A stretch of DNA of 62,923 bases, filler included, from Choristocarpus tenellus KU-1152 (GCA_964200185.2; 11 parts of 11 records of this genome joined end to end with filler, not necessarily neighbours in it), one strand, 5' to 3'. Shown: positions 11,562 through 25,367, counted from the whole stretch's first letter. Notes: generated from the sequence alone by a model not told the origin. Made by a program: numbers and translations.

Positions 11562-11885
11562 TGTTTTGCTCACGAATTCTGGATTATAATTATTTTATTC
11601 TATGTTTACATTCCTCCTTATTCCCTTTCCTCCCCACATTCTATCAACCCTTGTGACCAAGCAGTGCGACGACCTCTTCGCCACTGATTTCCAGCCACCG
11701 TCCACCTCTGATGACCAACCAGGGCGACCCCCCCTTCGCCCCTTATTTCCAGTCACCCCCCACATCTGATGACCAACCAGGCAACCCCCCTTCACCACTG
11801 ATTTCCAGTCACTTCCCACATCTGATGACCAACCAGGGTTACCCCCCCTTCGCCCCTGATTTCCAGTCACCCCCCACATCTGTTG
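11562..11885. repeat. Dispersed repeat carrying a ~57-bp minisatellite (x4); related copy at 58020-58145
   Basis: The unit GATGACCAACCAGGG...TTCGCCCCTGATTTCCAGTCACCCCCACATCT is repeated ~4 times. The leader gttttgctcacgaattctggattat is shared with position 58021. Confidence 0.8.
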
Positions 11886-12014
11886 GAGGCGGTACGTATT
11901 TACGTAGGGGCCAANNNNNNNNNNNNNNNNNNNNNNNNNNNNNNNNNNNNNNNNNNNNTTAATTAATTAANNNNNNNNNNNNNNNNNNNNNNNNNNNNNN
12001 NNNNNNNNNNNNNN

Positions 12015-12056
<42 letters not shown>

Positions 12057-13099
12057 CGATTTTGTGATGTGTAAATGCATACAAAAAGTATTCGTGGCTG
12101 TTTGTGTGCACTAAATGTCGTCAGAGATTAACTTAGATTAACTTAGATTAACTTCATACCATACCACCCCACTCACTCAATTTTTAGACAGCTCAGGTAT
12201 ACACTCTCTTTTTTTCTTGGTTGTTGTTATACTTTGACCACAGGTGCACAGAGGGCGCAGCACTTCACTTCCTTCCCCACCATAACACCTGCATGATGTC
12301 ATCTCTTTGGTTTTTCAAGCATCGCTATGTATCACACATTGAACTTACGGGTGTATCACCACTCAAACCAGAAATATATATATATATATATATATATATA
12401 AGTGCATGCCAAAGACAGGGTAAGAAGCATTGAATATGATCTGGAGCACCAAATAACAAGGAAGGTGCAAGTGGTTTGCATTGATCCCGCCGATCTCCCC
12501 CCCCTTGATATGAAAGTATCGGTTGTTGAATTAACTATTCTTGAGACATGTCAATCCCTTGCTTCACGTACAACAGGACACCAGCACACTGACCAAAGTT
12601 CGAGATGCTCTAGTCCATGTCAATAGTAATAGGAAGGAGGCACGATATATATATATATATATATATATACTCAGGCTAGTTGGCCTCAGGGTTCAATTCG
12701 GGTCGACTTCAAAGTCTGCACCAAGAACAAGCCACAACATACACCCAACCCAAAAGTTCAACCTTCAATCACTGAGACAAAAAAATAACAAAATTATCAT
12801 ACTTCATGTTTTGGAACCTCAAATGACAACGGAAGGCCCAGCCTTAGAGGAGCTTGTTTTAGGTGGACTTTAGATTCCAGATTATCGATTGTGGAGAGTC
12901 AAAGTGCTCGGGGGAGGGTGTTCGATTAGACTCTTGCAACTAACTCTACCGGACAGCTCCAGTAAAATATGTATGGAGTAATGGAACAATCAATTAGTGG
13001 TTGAGTTATCAGAACCTTTTACTAGTGATTAGTTGAATGAGAATTTTTCTCATATAAAAAGGAAATATTTCTGTTGTTACGGAGTGCTGCNNNNNNNNN

Positions 13100-13170
13100 C
13101 AAGCAATCTCGCCGGGTTTATCACCTTTATCCTCTTTGATGATTTTGGGGATACATCAACAGAACTATCA
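13100..13170. repeat. Fragment of a dispersed repeat shared with 55158-55225 (intronic)
   Basis: caagcaatctcgccgggtttat(c/t)acctttaYcctcttWgatgattttggggatac is present at both loci. Both translate on the minus strand as VSPKSSKR(I/V)KVINPARLL. Confidence 0.75.
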
Positions 13171-13772
13171 TTGGTCAGACACAACCAATGTAGCACCAAG
13201 GACATTTTATTTGAATAAGAAAAATGATTCGATTTATCCTGCGTCTTACCCATCTCCTCAACAAAAAAAATCTGACAAGGTCTGAAACACCATTCAAAAC
13301 ACCAAACACTACAATACATTTCAACAATACATTTCAAACCGAGATAAAACGCCTTCCAATCAACAATTGCGCAGAGCTTGCTACAAGCCAGAGGTCACTT
13401 TTCAATAATATAATAAAAAGGGTAGGTGGTTCTCCATTTTCTCTTTCTTTCTTTGTGTGTGGTTGACATCAGAACCTTAAAAAAATAATATATATATATA
13501 TATATATACATACATAATTTCTCTCTCTCTATATATATATATATATGTATGTATGTACATTCCGAAGCTCGGACTGAACTTCCCGTTCAGTTAAAAATTC
13601 TCCAGAACAAAAAAAAAAACGCAATAGGACCCACAATTCCAAATTAGCAAAATCCTGTTCATAGGAAAGCCATCAAACAATCGCATCATGCAACAGTGAT
13701 CACATCCACAAGCGCAGGCCCCTCTTCCCTCGAACAACACACACAAGACACAAGACACAAGCGTCCTCTTAC

Positions 13773-16067
13773 CTTGAGCTTGGTCCCCACGCCATCCGTA
13801 GCCCCGACAAGAACTGTATCATCCCCCCCAAACCCAGCAGCCTTGAGGTCAAACAGACCTCCAAATCCTCCGAGATCAGCATCACACCCCGGCCTCACAG
13901 TGGACTTACAGGCAGGCTTGATCCTCTCCACCAACGAGTTTCCCGCATCGATATCCACACCAGCATCCTTGTAGCTCAACCCTCCCTGCCCTGGGGCCAC
14001 AGCAGCCACTACCGGAGCCACCGCAAGCCCCCCACCCTTCACTCCGGCACTGGCTCCTTGCCCCACCCCCCTCGCACCTCCACGCATGAAGAGGTCGATC
14101 GCCTTCAGGAAGGCGGGGCCCTCTCTGGCTTGGACCTGTGGAGGACAAAAAATAGCCAGTTCGACACGAGGGGAAGCGATGACCGTCACACACTGGCAGG
14201 CATTGTTGGGAGGTAACATACTCACTCAAGGAGGGTTACACACACGCTTCACATTTGCAACATCCATGTCATGTCACGTCATGTCATTTCATTTCATGTC
14301 ACGGACACAAGGGGGAAAAGGTTCACGCTTCAATCATCACACCTTGGCCTTGAGGGACTCCGTCGTCTCCCCTGGATCCACTGTCACCTCCTCCTGCACC
14401 ACCACTGGCCCTGAATCCACCTCCTCTGTGACCTGGTGGATTGTGCAGCCCGACCTCTTGCGCCCAGCAGCAATGACCGCCTTGTGCACCTTGACAGTTA
14501 CATTTTTTGTTTTTCCCCGGTGGAACAGGGGAGCAATGGGATTGGTGACAGGGATGTGGAAGGGTGGTGAAAGGGTGGGGCATGGAGGAAGACAGACTGT
14601 GGGTGAAGGAGAGAGAGAGGGAGGGGAGGGGAGGGGAGGGGATGGGGGATGTGAGGGTGGCAAGGCCAAACAAGGGATACGAAACCCAGAGTAGGTTTGA
14701 CGCAGTAGCAGTGAAAAGATCAGTAGATCAGTTGCATCCACAGCTGTGGTCTAGAAAAGCACCGACTCTTCACAACTGAGAATCATACTCAAAAATACAC
14801 CATACTTCCTGTCCCACCTATCAACCTACACAATGAAGTCCTTCCTACCCAGAGAAAAACAAAGGCAGGGATGTGTGTGCAGGTGTATATTTCCCAAAGT
14901 GAGTCGAGCACAAAACCCTTCTGGACCAACATAGACAGTTGAGAGGGAGTGCCGGGTGAAGCAACCCACACTATCCTGCAGCCCCCTCACAATCTCCCCC
15001 CCCCCCCCTCTCCACCTTTTCCCATACCAACTCTAAACACACCATGCACACCTCAAGGTCCATGCCCCCTGCAAAGTCAGGAAGTAGTGAAGGGTGCACA
15101 TTAAGGCAGCAGCCTACCCAGCGTTGACAAAATGTGGCAGAAAGGATACGCATGTATCCCACACAGAGAACCAACTGTACCCCTGCCTTCTCCAGTGATC
15201 TGGTCACCTCCGCATCAAAGTCTTCTCTTGACGGGTGGTCCTAGGGGCGTGGTCAGAGGAGGCGTGCTGCTGTTCATTTGTTCAATCTAAGAAACACAAT
15301 CACATGTTTATGTGTACCTTTGGCACACTATATTTCAATTACAAATTTGGCGTATTTATGGAGAAAAATTACTCGAATAATTGGCCCAATCTATGACCTC
15401 CTAAAATGTACAAATAGGAACTGTTGACCATAGAATCGTCTCCTCCGAGATAGAGGAGGGGATGGTGGAGGCCAGAGGGGGCAAGGGGTTGAGAGAGAAC
15501 AGGGTTTGGAGTGGCACATTGTGAAAAAATAACCTAGCAATAGTTGTGTGAGAGGGGGTTGATCACAAGCAGAGAAATGATCATATAGGCTTCAGTACTC
15601 TACTCAACTCATTATTGCTACAGAACAGGGGGTTTTTTCCTCTTTAAATACATACTGTACAAACCTTTGGACAAAGCACAGGGGCTCTCGATATATAGGG
15701 ATAGGATATAGGGTAAAGAGACTAGAAGAAACAAAAAAAAATGTACACTTCAAATAAAAAAATGAAAAAGATAAAACTACCTTTCTTGAGCAACAATTAA
15801 GAAAATCTACGACGAAATCTCACCTTTGCACTGACAAACACCTCAGGAATGCCATGCCCAGCAGCACGTTCCCTCACATACGCCCTGGACCGATTTGTCA
15901 CCACCATCGACACAACCGCATTCAACTTCCCACCCTCAATGGCATCGATCACAGGCTGCAGAGCAGTGCCCCTCCCGGACGCAAGCACTCCAATACGAAG
16001 CGCCTCTGTCCCCCCCCCCCCCCCCCCCCCCCCCTCCACCACCTACCCACCCACCCCACCGCAGCCC
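13773..16067 (-). CDS. GART: Multifunctional purine biosynthesis protein, partial: GAR transformylase (PurN) followed by AIR synthetase (PurM)
   Basis: Phase-0 GT-AG exons: 16067-15824 ([15 protein letters not shown]...), 15240-15052 (...GYMRIL...[14 protein letters not shown]), 14489-14343 ([20 protein letters not shown]) and 14135-13773 (...[14 protein letters not shown]...[10 protein letters not shown]...[11 protein letters not shown]). Both ends are off-contig. Confidence 0.93.
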
Positions 16068-16779
16068 NNNNNNNNNNNNNNNNNNNNNNNNNNNNNNNNN
16101 NNNNNNNNNNNTTAATTAATTAANNNNNNNNNNNNNNNNNNNNNNNNNNNNNNNNNNNNNNNNNNNNCATGGTGAGTGAGAGAACTCCTCTTGTGCCATA
16201 TGAACAAACAGATCATAAATACTCCAGATACATTCATCACTGACATCCCAGACAGACACCCAGGACTCTTGAGCCAGGAAAAGAGAAGTGTGTAGCACAG
16301 AGAGTGGGAGCCCGGCCCTATATTTAGCGGTCAAAAATGCACCAATCACAAGCTAAGATAATGAAGGCCCTATTACGTTCTGCTGGTAGCATTGGCCAAA
16401 AAAGAGGAAAGTGGGAGTACATGCAGCACAACTGTCAAATTATGTTGACTGCTCAATGAGGCTTTGTTGACTTTATAATAAGTTTGTGGGGCGAAGGAGG
16501 GCTAATTGTTTGCAACGGGTCAAGGAGAGGGACTTCCGACCTGGTCATAGTTGTCCTCCATGTAGTTCTAAAAAAAACTCAATTGTGATAACATTTTCCA
16601 TATATATTGGCGCTTGATGTGCTAGGGTTGGGCCAGGTGGAAAAATGATGGGACTGATATCCTAGAAGACGAGCTATCCACACACTACACTTTTTTTCTA
16701 ACATTGCCGCATGACAAGTACACACATACACACTCATATACTAACATTTTCGAGGACAGCTCAAAACCTGGTCATGTAC

Positions 16780-17303
16780 CTTAGTTTTGGCATGGTGCTC
16801 AGGAGGGATGAGCTCCGACGCCCGGAGCAGCAAAGGACGAAGATGAGCCGCCGCCATAGATGGTTCATCCGCAAATGAGCTCAGTCCAGGCTCAATTTTT
16901 CCCCCAGAGCTGCCTGAGACCCTCATGGACTCTCCCTAAGTGGACAAGTGAGGTGGGGGTTCGAGTTGTTGTCTCGTAGGTTGGATCTGTGACGTCGATC
17001 CTGTCTCTTACCATATGAACCAACAGTCAGATGAGATGTTGGCCAAAATACACCTAGCGTACAGCAACGACAACAAGCGACAACAAGTCAAGAGTTCCCC
17101 TTCAGACGCACCAATCACACCAGGTATACGCAAGACTTGGTGCTTACCTCCCCGTGCACGCTGAATATATTCAACCGGCAGCCGCTGCTGCCAGCATCGA
17201 TCATAACTGTGTATGCAAAGGGGAGTCGGCTAGAGACCTCACTCTTAGCTATGGTTGCCGGAGCTGCCAGCGACCCGATTGCCATTGCTGCAGCTGCACA
17301 CAT
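16780..17303 (-). CDS. Apyrase / nucleoside triphosphate diphosphohydrolase (GDA1/CD39 family), 5' exons
   Basis: Exon 17303-17148 has a hydrophobic leader and apyrase conserved region 1 (YTVMIDAGSSGCRLNIF, donor GAG|GTAAGC). Exon 16935-16780 contains KIEPGLSSFADEP...LRPLL...IP...TK. The rest of the gene is off-contig. Confidence 0.85.
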
Positions 17304-17992
17304 AAACGTGCATGGCTGGCAGGAGGTTGGAGGAGGTTTCGGGTTGAAAGTCGTTAGAACTAGAGCGATCAGCTATCTAGTCGATCTTCTGCAAAACGTC
17401 ATGACCAATGATTGATTAAAAGAAAGTCTCGATTCCACCAAGAGAGTAAGAAATACCAGGACCTCGAGTCTCTACCTCAAGTGCCACGACCACTCGATCA
17501 ACCAACTCATGAATACCCACGGGCATTAATAAAAGGGTAGATATCATCGAAGTCCCTCTCAATCCTAAAAATTCTGAGTAGTAAGGACTCTGTGCACTTC
17601 CTAAAGTGGAATAGCTCACGAGGTTGAGGAAAAGGCTGTCACAAACGATACTGGTAGAGGAGAGAATCCCAACGAAGTGATGGTACATGAGTGCAATTAT
17701 TAAAGGTAAGAACAAAACAGTCATCTGCAACCTCCTCTATTAAGCAACTCTATTAGACACACTACCTTGCGTGCTCTGGCTCGCTTGCCCATTTTCCCGA
17801 CCTCAGCCTCTCTACGTTCAACGGTTCAGGTCTTGCGGTCGTGTCATTAGCTGCAAGACACTTGTGAAACGCACAGCAACCACCGCGCGCGGTGTGACGT
17901 ACACTTACCAAACAACCAAACAGCTGGTTTGGTCATTCAGTCCAAAAAATAGGAACGTACTGACTACTACTTAGATGAATTCTTAAATTCTT

Positions 17993-18859
17993 TTATTCTT
18001 CTTCTCTCATCTTTAAAATATAAACAGTATCTATTTCAATTTTCGTTATAAATTGTATTTTATTCAATTTTTGGAATTTGTTATTGTTTGAGGATTTTAC
18101 ACAGGGACGGAAGAATTTGCGATTGTGTGAAGAGACCTTCAGAAAATGACTCTGACACCAGGTTGACATCATATGGTCTTGGCATTCACCTCTTGGAGAA
18201 GATTGGCCTTGATTAATTTCCAGGTGATGTAAGGCGTCCTGATCAGTGATCAGCATATAGGGGTACCAGTACCTACGCCCTCTAGGGTTGTCCTGCCATA
18301 ACTTTCGATGTAGACATCGGATTAAAAAAATAGAGCATAGTCGTGATGCCCATCCCAAGGTCCTCCAGAGTACAATCTTCGTTGATTTTTCACCATTTTT
18401 TCTATTTTTGAAGAAAGAGCGCTCATATTGGGGTTTGAACCCCGCATTGTAGGTCATCAAGAGTGGCAACAGATCCACTATTACTTGATTGAAGTATAGG
18501 GTTTAGGTAGGAAAAAAGCCTCCACACCCTTTCTTCCTGTGTGTTGGGGCACCCACTCTTTGATCTCGGCAAGGATCATCGAGGCCCAGAACGAAACGCC
18601 CCTCGTAGCACCCTTGCTCCGACACTTTGATGTGGCCCTTAGTTAGGAAGTCTCTCTCCCATTTACTCACAGTTTCCAGCCTGACCATTGCATATCCTGC
18701 TGCCATCACAAGCGCTGTTTGACGGTCTTTCCCGTTGTTCATACACAGGTACAGAATTCGCAGTGCTAGAGCCTTAACTATCGCATTTCCTCGTTGAGCG
18801 CCGGAGATGGGTGTCGTCCGTGTTTCCTGGGCATGTGATATTTTATCATCAAGGCGCAA
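17993..18859 (-). mobile_element. Degenerate DDE transposase remnant (IS630/Tc1-like, tentative)
   Basis: Frame-broken, intronless ORFs VSKWERDFLTKGHIKVSEQG, MTYNAGFKPQYERSFF and MLITDQD...PRGECQDHMMS recall the WxRxF..G..S.QG, GF.Y..K.YY, ITHDES and PKGEG.SxMVS blocks of Tc1/IS630-like transposases. Recognised by eye only. Confidence 0.45.
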
Positions 18860-21149
18860 AGACGAGGGAGGACAGGCTTGAGTTGATCGAAAATTGTTTT
18901 TCGAATGAATGCAGGCTGGGAGAAAGCCTTAATCAACTTTATAGGTCCAACCCAAAGGCCAGGAACAAAAGTGAACGTACGGCATATTGCAAGATGTGGG
19001 AGACACCAAACTATCGGTGTGCAAATAGTCTCAATCTCACCTTCTCTTCTTCCCTGGCGTCCAAGTCAATGGCTACCTCCACCTACTTCGGAACCTCTTC
19101 TAAGTAAAGGATTTGGTAGTATCGAAAAGTCTCCACCACTGTCTTCGTTACGATCGCTTTCTCCCCCGTCTTGCGAGCCCTTTCAACCTTCTCTCAGGCT
19201 TCAGAGTCCTTGTAGTCCAACCCTAACACCTTCTTTCTCGCTTCCTTAAGCCACTCTGGCTCGCACAGCTTCCAAACAGCCAGGGCCTGCTGCAACTGTC
19301 GACTACTAAGATATTCTATACACGGGTTTTCGCTTAGGCGTTTCCTGAGCGCAATGGCACACAGTCACACTGCTCTCTTCCCCAACCTTCCCTTCGGGTG
19401 GCCTCCTTGGTTCTCCCTTCGCCTGCCGTGACCAGGCTTCCCCACAGACTTCATCACTGTACCACCTGGTGATGGACTCGCCGCTCTCTTCCTGCTTTCC
19501 GGAGGCAGCAGAGACTGCAGAGCAGTGCTCCGACGTGGTTGAAGACCCAACAACATTTGTGTGGTAAGGCTTTCAATGCATCTTCTCTCTGCGCTGGGTT
19601 CGCGACCCTGTGATTCATTTCGCGATTTGATTATGCTGCTGCGCCACACTACTCGCACTTTCTCGTCACCTAACATCACACTGAGTGTCACACGTTACTT
19701 GCTCTCCCGCCAGCTCTCAACAGAGAAGGTGCCGACGGTAGATCCAGGGAGAAGAGTGGACTCGGCGGCTTTCCTTGTCTCTCACCGTTGTGGTTCATAT
19801 TGCTGTGTAAGTCACGTGTGTGTGTGCTCACAGAAAGTCTGCAAAAGGCGTTAAAAAGGTGTCCGGAAGTCTTGAAATTTTTTTCGGTACACACACATCG
19901 GTCAAACTTGGGCAACCACCTACCCCGGACCGGTTTTCTGCAAGGAGTTCAGCCAACCATCTCATTTTTGTCCGTTTGAAGTCGTGACCCTCCAAATTGC
20001 AGCGGAGATGTTCCCCTGCGTTTTTTTCCATTATTTGATCTGGACATAGCTCCCATTCCTCGAAGCCTGGACATTCATGGATAAAAACCTTCAAACCTTC
20101 TTGTTATACCCTTTCATTTAATGTATATATTGTTGTATATATCTTTGGTGTGTGCATGGTGAAGAAATTCAAGATTGCCACAGAGGGCGAGGCTACTGGC
20201 ACCACATTATCAAGATTTTTTTTGCGATCAGATTCCTTTGCGCCAATCGATTGCTTATGATCTCAGGTTTATTTTGATATGCTGATCGCCAATCACGTCC
20301 CTTACGTCAGCTCGAAATTAATAAAAAACTATAATGGTATCATAAAGGTGACTGTTAATAATATACTGTGCGAGACTTTCAGAGCTCAACCTTCGCACGC
20401 ACCTCATCACAACGTAGATTGTCCACCCAGAACGCGGCACAATGGCTACGAAAGCCACTCTGTCGAAGGACATGCTGGATATCGTGGTGTGGTCTCTACC
20501 TTCGGTCTTCAAGTTTCACAGAAGTTGAAGGCTGAGGTTGGGCAGAGCGTACGCACAGGTGATTGCCGTATGTCGAGAGGGGACTCACGCTTGATCGAGT
20601 GGACCAGTCAATCACTGTGGAACAAGAAATCAAAGATGGGTCGCGACTGCGACAGAGAGCGTGTATTTTTGACCAACCTTGATGATGAGGGCTGGCTGGC
20701 TGGCTGTTGTCTGATGAGCTTTTAGGCATAACTGTGGAGCTACAATAATAATGAAGAGTTTAGGTTTGCACACAGACAGTTGAGACTTGGAGGATCAGGA
20801 CTCTTCTTCTTCCGTGAAAAATCTCATCCTGAGAGAGGAGAAACAGCCCTCCAAGCCATATACTGGACGACGGACGGACGGACGGATGTCTAAGTAACTT
20901 GATTTTAGTGAGGAAAATCGCCCTCTCGCCAATTGCAACACAACCAACTCCTACTTATCTAATAATGTTAGGAGTGATTCAAGGGTCACATTACGCTTTA
21001 ATTCGACGAAAAATTTCACTCCGATCAAAAGTTAGAGGAGGACAAATTCTGTCCTAGAGGCGACGGCCAACACCATACAAACCATACAACAGAACTCCAA
21101 ACACTTCAGTTTTGAACACTCGAATATCTAAGCTCAAATCAGACATTTG

Positions 21150-22095
21150 ATGTCCTGCTCTACACATCTTCAGTGCATTTGTTTGCGAAAACAACACCAA
21201 GCTTTCTAAATCTTCTGGCTGATGTCAGCAGTGGTAGCAGCATGGACACTATAGATAATCCCCCTAAGGTAAACAAACTCCCCCATCTGGTTGTGGGTCT
21301 GTTCCAATGCCTGAATCTGCATGGTTTCGACTTCCTGATTAGGAGGACAAAGACACATAGTCTCCACCTTAATGCTGATACAGTCCGATCAAATGATCTG
21401 GTCACCATCACGCACACTATCATCATCCTGCCCAAACCTCCTTGGGTATTGGAGATACTGCCCGCATCATCAGCATACAGCAAACTCGACAAAAGCCACT
21501 CAAGGGTTGTGTCCCATTCCCTTATCCTTCTCCTCCTCTGATCAGATTGTTTGTGGTCGCTCTCTTGATGGCAAGAAGGTCCTTGGAGATGGTCAGATTA
21601 GAGGTGAACGTATTTAACTGCCACACTTAGCACTGTAGTGAAGATGTTGAGGAAGATTGGATGAAGAACACCCACACCCCTGAAGGAGAACCACGTCCTC
21701 TATATGACCTGTAGGAGCTCAACAGGAAGCTTTTCGGGACCCATAGCCTTCCCACTTCCCATTCCCCGGAATGCTTCAGCTATTCCCATCATCATTGGAG
21801 GAGTAGCGAGAGTCATTGACCTGGGTCGTTGATCGAGGGCTTCAACACTACAAGGGCTGAGATCAACCGATTTGGTAGAAGAAGCATTGTGAAGTATCTC
21901 CTCCACTGTTCTATGATGGATGCTTGCTCCCTGAGTAGCCGTCCATACTCATCATGGACGTGCTGAGAAGACTCTCTCTGGTTCTCTAAACATCGAAGCC
22001 TTTCAGGTGTTGATATTAACCAGCTTGGTCACCATGGTGAATGAGGCCTTCCATCAACCTGGTGTACGTGTTAGGAAACCCTCCGACGCAGACCC
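21150..22095 (-). mobile_element. Non-LTR retrotransposon (LINE) reverse transcriptase remnant
   Basis: LLYADDAG (RT catalytic YADD) with downstream FVYL-G, and upstream AFRGMGSGKAMGPEKLPVELLQ (KAxGPDxxPxELL). It has frameshifts and an internal deletion. Confidence 0.85.
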
Positions 22096-22195
22096 NNNNN
22101 NNNNNNNNNNNNNNNNNNNNNNNNNNNNNNNNNNNNNNNTTAATTAATTAANNNNNNNNNNNNNNNNNNNNNNNNNNNNNNNNNNNNNNNNNNNN

Positions 22196-23801
22196 GTGGG
22201 TGGGGGGGGGGGGGGAAGGGGAAAGACAATGCTGGAGGCGTTTCTGTTAAGGGAGGGGGGGCAAGGCTACCCTTACCGCCATCTCTGTGTAACAGCTTGG
22301 AAGGGGGCATGGTCTCCCATGAGGGTGTGAGGAGGGGTGTCAATGGAGGTGTTACTGGTGTCGGGTGAGGGTTTCTTGTGGTACAATGCTGTTTCACCCT
22401 GCATGTATCTCTACATACATGTATATCTCTTGAGGCTCTCCTTAGTACATTGGACTTACCCTGCTGCCTTCTGCACATTGCTCCTTAGTACATCGGATCC
22501 CTATTTTTTTTTTCTTGATTTGTAGCTGTTGATTATGTGAGTTATTTTTCACCTGCACCTCTTCTTGCGCTCCAAATATATATATATATATTTATTAATA
22601 TTAATATTGATATTGATGCTCGGCATCAATCCTGTACACTACCAAAACCTCCAGCACTGACAGTGTAGATGATATTAGTGATCATAATGGCAATGATTAG
22701 ATTAGTAGCAATAATATTGTTAGTATTATTACTTGCTGTTCCATGAGGAAAAACTAATTGCATATACTGTAGTAGGAATAGTTTAGAGGGAGATCTGGTC
22801 ATGGAGGGTCATGGAGGGTTATGGAGGGGGGGCAAGAGGTGGCAGGTGGTGGTTTCTGGTAAGATATTGTCCTCATCAAAGGCAGTGTTTTTTTCTGTTT
22901 GTTTGATGTTGATGTGCGTGGACATTACTAGCACTAGTACTCTGTTGAATAATAGAAATAGACTCTAGTCCTTCACATTGATTCCACCGCCTTTACTGCA
23001 ATATCCACATTTGCTTGAACACTTGAACAGTACCTTTTTTTTTGGGGGGGGGGTACTGCCTTTCCTGCTCTGCTTCCGGTGGTATCCACATTCATATTAA
23101 TCACATCCAATATTCAACACATTCATATTCATCACATCCATATTAATCATATTCAATATTCAGCACATTCATATTAATCACATCCATATCAATCACATTC
23201 ATGTTCATCACATCCATATCAATCACATTCAATATTCAACACATTCATATTCATCACATCCTTATTCATCACATTTGTGTTCAACACATTCATATTCATT
23301 ACATTCTCATACTGATCTTTTCATTGTCAGTGGAAGTGACGGCATGGGAGGTGAGAGTGGTGTGTTTGATACCATTGTGAGTGCTGGCGGTTTGGGGGGT
23401 GGTTCCCTGGGGTCACTGGTGTCTTCCCAGAGAGTAGGAAGGCGAAGGGTGGAGCTGAGAACCCCTGAAGAGGAGGAGGAAGTATTACGACAGGTGCGAT
23501 CTTAGTGTAGGTGCAAGAGAGGAGGAAGTGTCAGCCCCCCAAGGGGTTGGAGGGTTAGGGTTAGGGGGCAAGAAAGAGGTGGAGAAAGAGGCAGGAATAA
23601 TAATGGTAACAATAATGATGATGGTGATGAAAGGTGCTTGGGGCATACTGAAGAGGGTGTGTAGTGTTCAAGTAGGTATGTGAAAATGAGAATGTTCTAG
23701 AGGTAAGGTATAGATAGAGGGAACTTTTGGTTGGTTGTGTGCTCTGGGGGATGGATACGGAGAGGAGGGGAAAAATGTGTCAGGAAGAACATTTTCTAGA
23801 A

Positions 23802-23836
<35 letters not shown>

Positions 23837-24360
23837 CTTATTAACAGGGTCAGTTCGCTCTTATTGACGCACTCCACCAGCGGTAAGAGGAAAGTTCTTT
23901 GAAAATTATATGTAAACGAGGCACAAGATACTTGCGCACATGTGTGTGTTTGCATGTGAAACTATCGGTGTTAGCTTTGGAAGGCGCATTCATTCATTCA
24001 TTCATTCCAGGCCTTTTTCATCAGTTCTGAGAGTTGACACGACTGGCGTCTGGACCAAACCTTGGATTTGGATTTTGTTGAAGTGGTTGATTGTCATAGA
24101 CTGACCCTGTTGAGAATATGTTTTGATACCAAGCTGGCCTGTGGTCCAGCCATGTTGAAACAGTTGTTGTCCATGGACTGGTCCTGTCTACAAACGTTTT
24201 CACAATTGTGCTTACATATTTTTTAATTTTTTTTTTTAAACTTTACAATGCTTTTGCTTTATTTTCCGCTCTTAATTTATTCACGTTTATTTTGTGTTGC
24301 TGGAAGGGTTCTATTATATGTCTTTATCCCATCGCATCATGCTCCTTATCTCTTCCCCTC

Positions 24361-24401
<41 letters not shown>

Positions 24402-24986
24402 ATCCCCCTCCGCCCATTCCCACAGTCACAGGAGCTGGCCTCTTCCCTTGCACTTTCACAAAGCGGTGGAGGTAATGGTGACAGTGCGGTTGGTCATACC
24501 GTGAACACATCACAAACCAAGCTGGGAAGTGCATCAGCAGTGACATCGTTAGGGGGGGGTGAAGAAGGGCAAAAAGGACTTGCCAACAACAACAGTGACA
24601 GGGGACGCAGAAGAGGTGGAAGTGGAGGTGGTGCCGGTGACGACCAGGGGACAGATATGGGAGCAGGGCAGGAAATTTCTGACATCGACCGCCGCTTAGG
24701 GGAGTTGCACGAATTTCTCAGGCGTGCCAAGGCTGGGGTACCAGCCAGGCCTGCTGGTGTTGTGGGGAGATCAGTGGATGACAACTCTTCCACTCTTGCC
24801 CCAGCCCTATCCATAGCCCCACCACCGACTCCAGGGCCAGCAGTGTCTGCCCCAGTCTCGATCAGTGCTGCCCCGACATCAGACCAAACAAAACCTGTGG
24901 ATTGTGGTACTGTTAATACTGTCCCCACCTCTGCTCCTGCTGAGGTTACTGATGGCAATGTTAAGCCTGCCGAAGTAGCTAGCTGA
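22196..24986 (+). CDS. CCDC61: 3' part of a VFL3/CCDC61-like basal-body coiled-coil protein
   Basis: Phase-compatible exons 22196-22364, 23331-23493 and 24432-24986 (stop). The motif EISDIDRRLGELHEFLRRAK resembles the conserved C-terminal helix of CCDC61/VFL3 (EIDARLxALQEY/FM). The rest is low complexity. Confidence 0.6.
23085..23310. repeat. Degenerate ~13-bp tandem repeat (CACATYCATATTMAT-like), intronic
   Basis: Recurrent cacattcatattcat / cacatccatatcaat units. Confidence 0.75.
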
Positions 24987-25334
24987 TGTGGGGTGCCTGG
25001 TTAGTTTCGAGGTTTCAGATATCTTGTATGGCGTTTGGGAACCCTTGTACAGGATGCCATTTGGAGAGCATCGCAAACCTGTTCCCTACTGCATGGGTGA
25101 TCTGTTTTTCAGGTTATAATTTAGAATCAGAAAAGCTTTGATGCAGTGTGCTTGGTACATACAGTGAGTGTTGTTGATTCTTCATTGCTATAATAGAGCC
25201 TTGTGGTTTTGTTGCAGTAGTATGGATGCAGTGGACAAGGTATGGGGGCAGTCAGGACGAACTAAGTTTTGAGCAAGTTGAGGTTTAAAATTTGAGTTGG
25301 TTGGTCACCACAGTCTCGCTCTCCCTTTTACTTT

Positions 25335-25367
<33 letters not shown>

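Noticed and set aside
13561-13591. Two adjacent small hairpins (TCCGA-AGC-TCGGA; ACTGAAC-TTCCC-GTTCAGT), and an 8-bp stem at 33520-33542
   Set aside because: Short stems are expected by chance in 63 kb, and there is no Helitron CTAG end or ncRNA context.
20442-20530. ATG-led MATKATLSKDMLDIV as the first exon of a gene
   Set aside because: The peptide is short, the donor is weak, and no downstream exon or recognisable domain could be linked.
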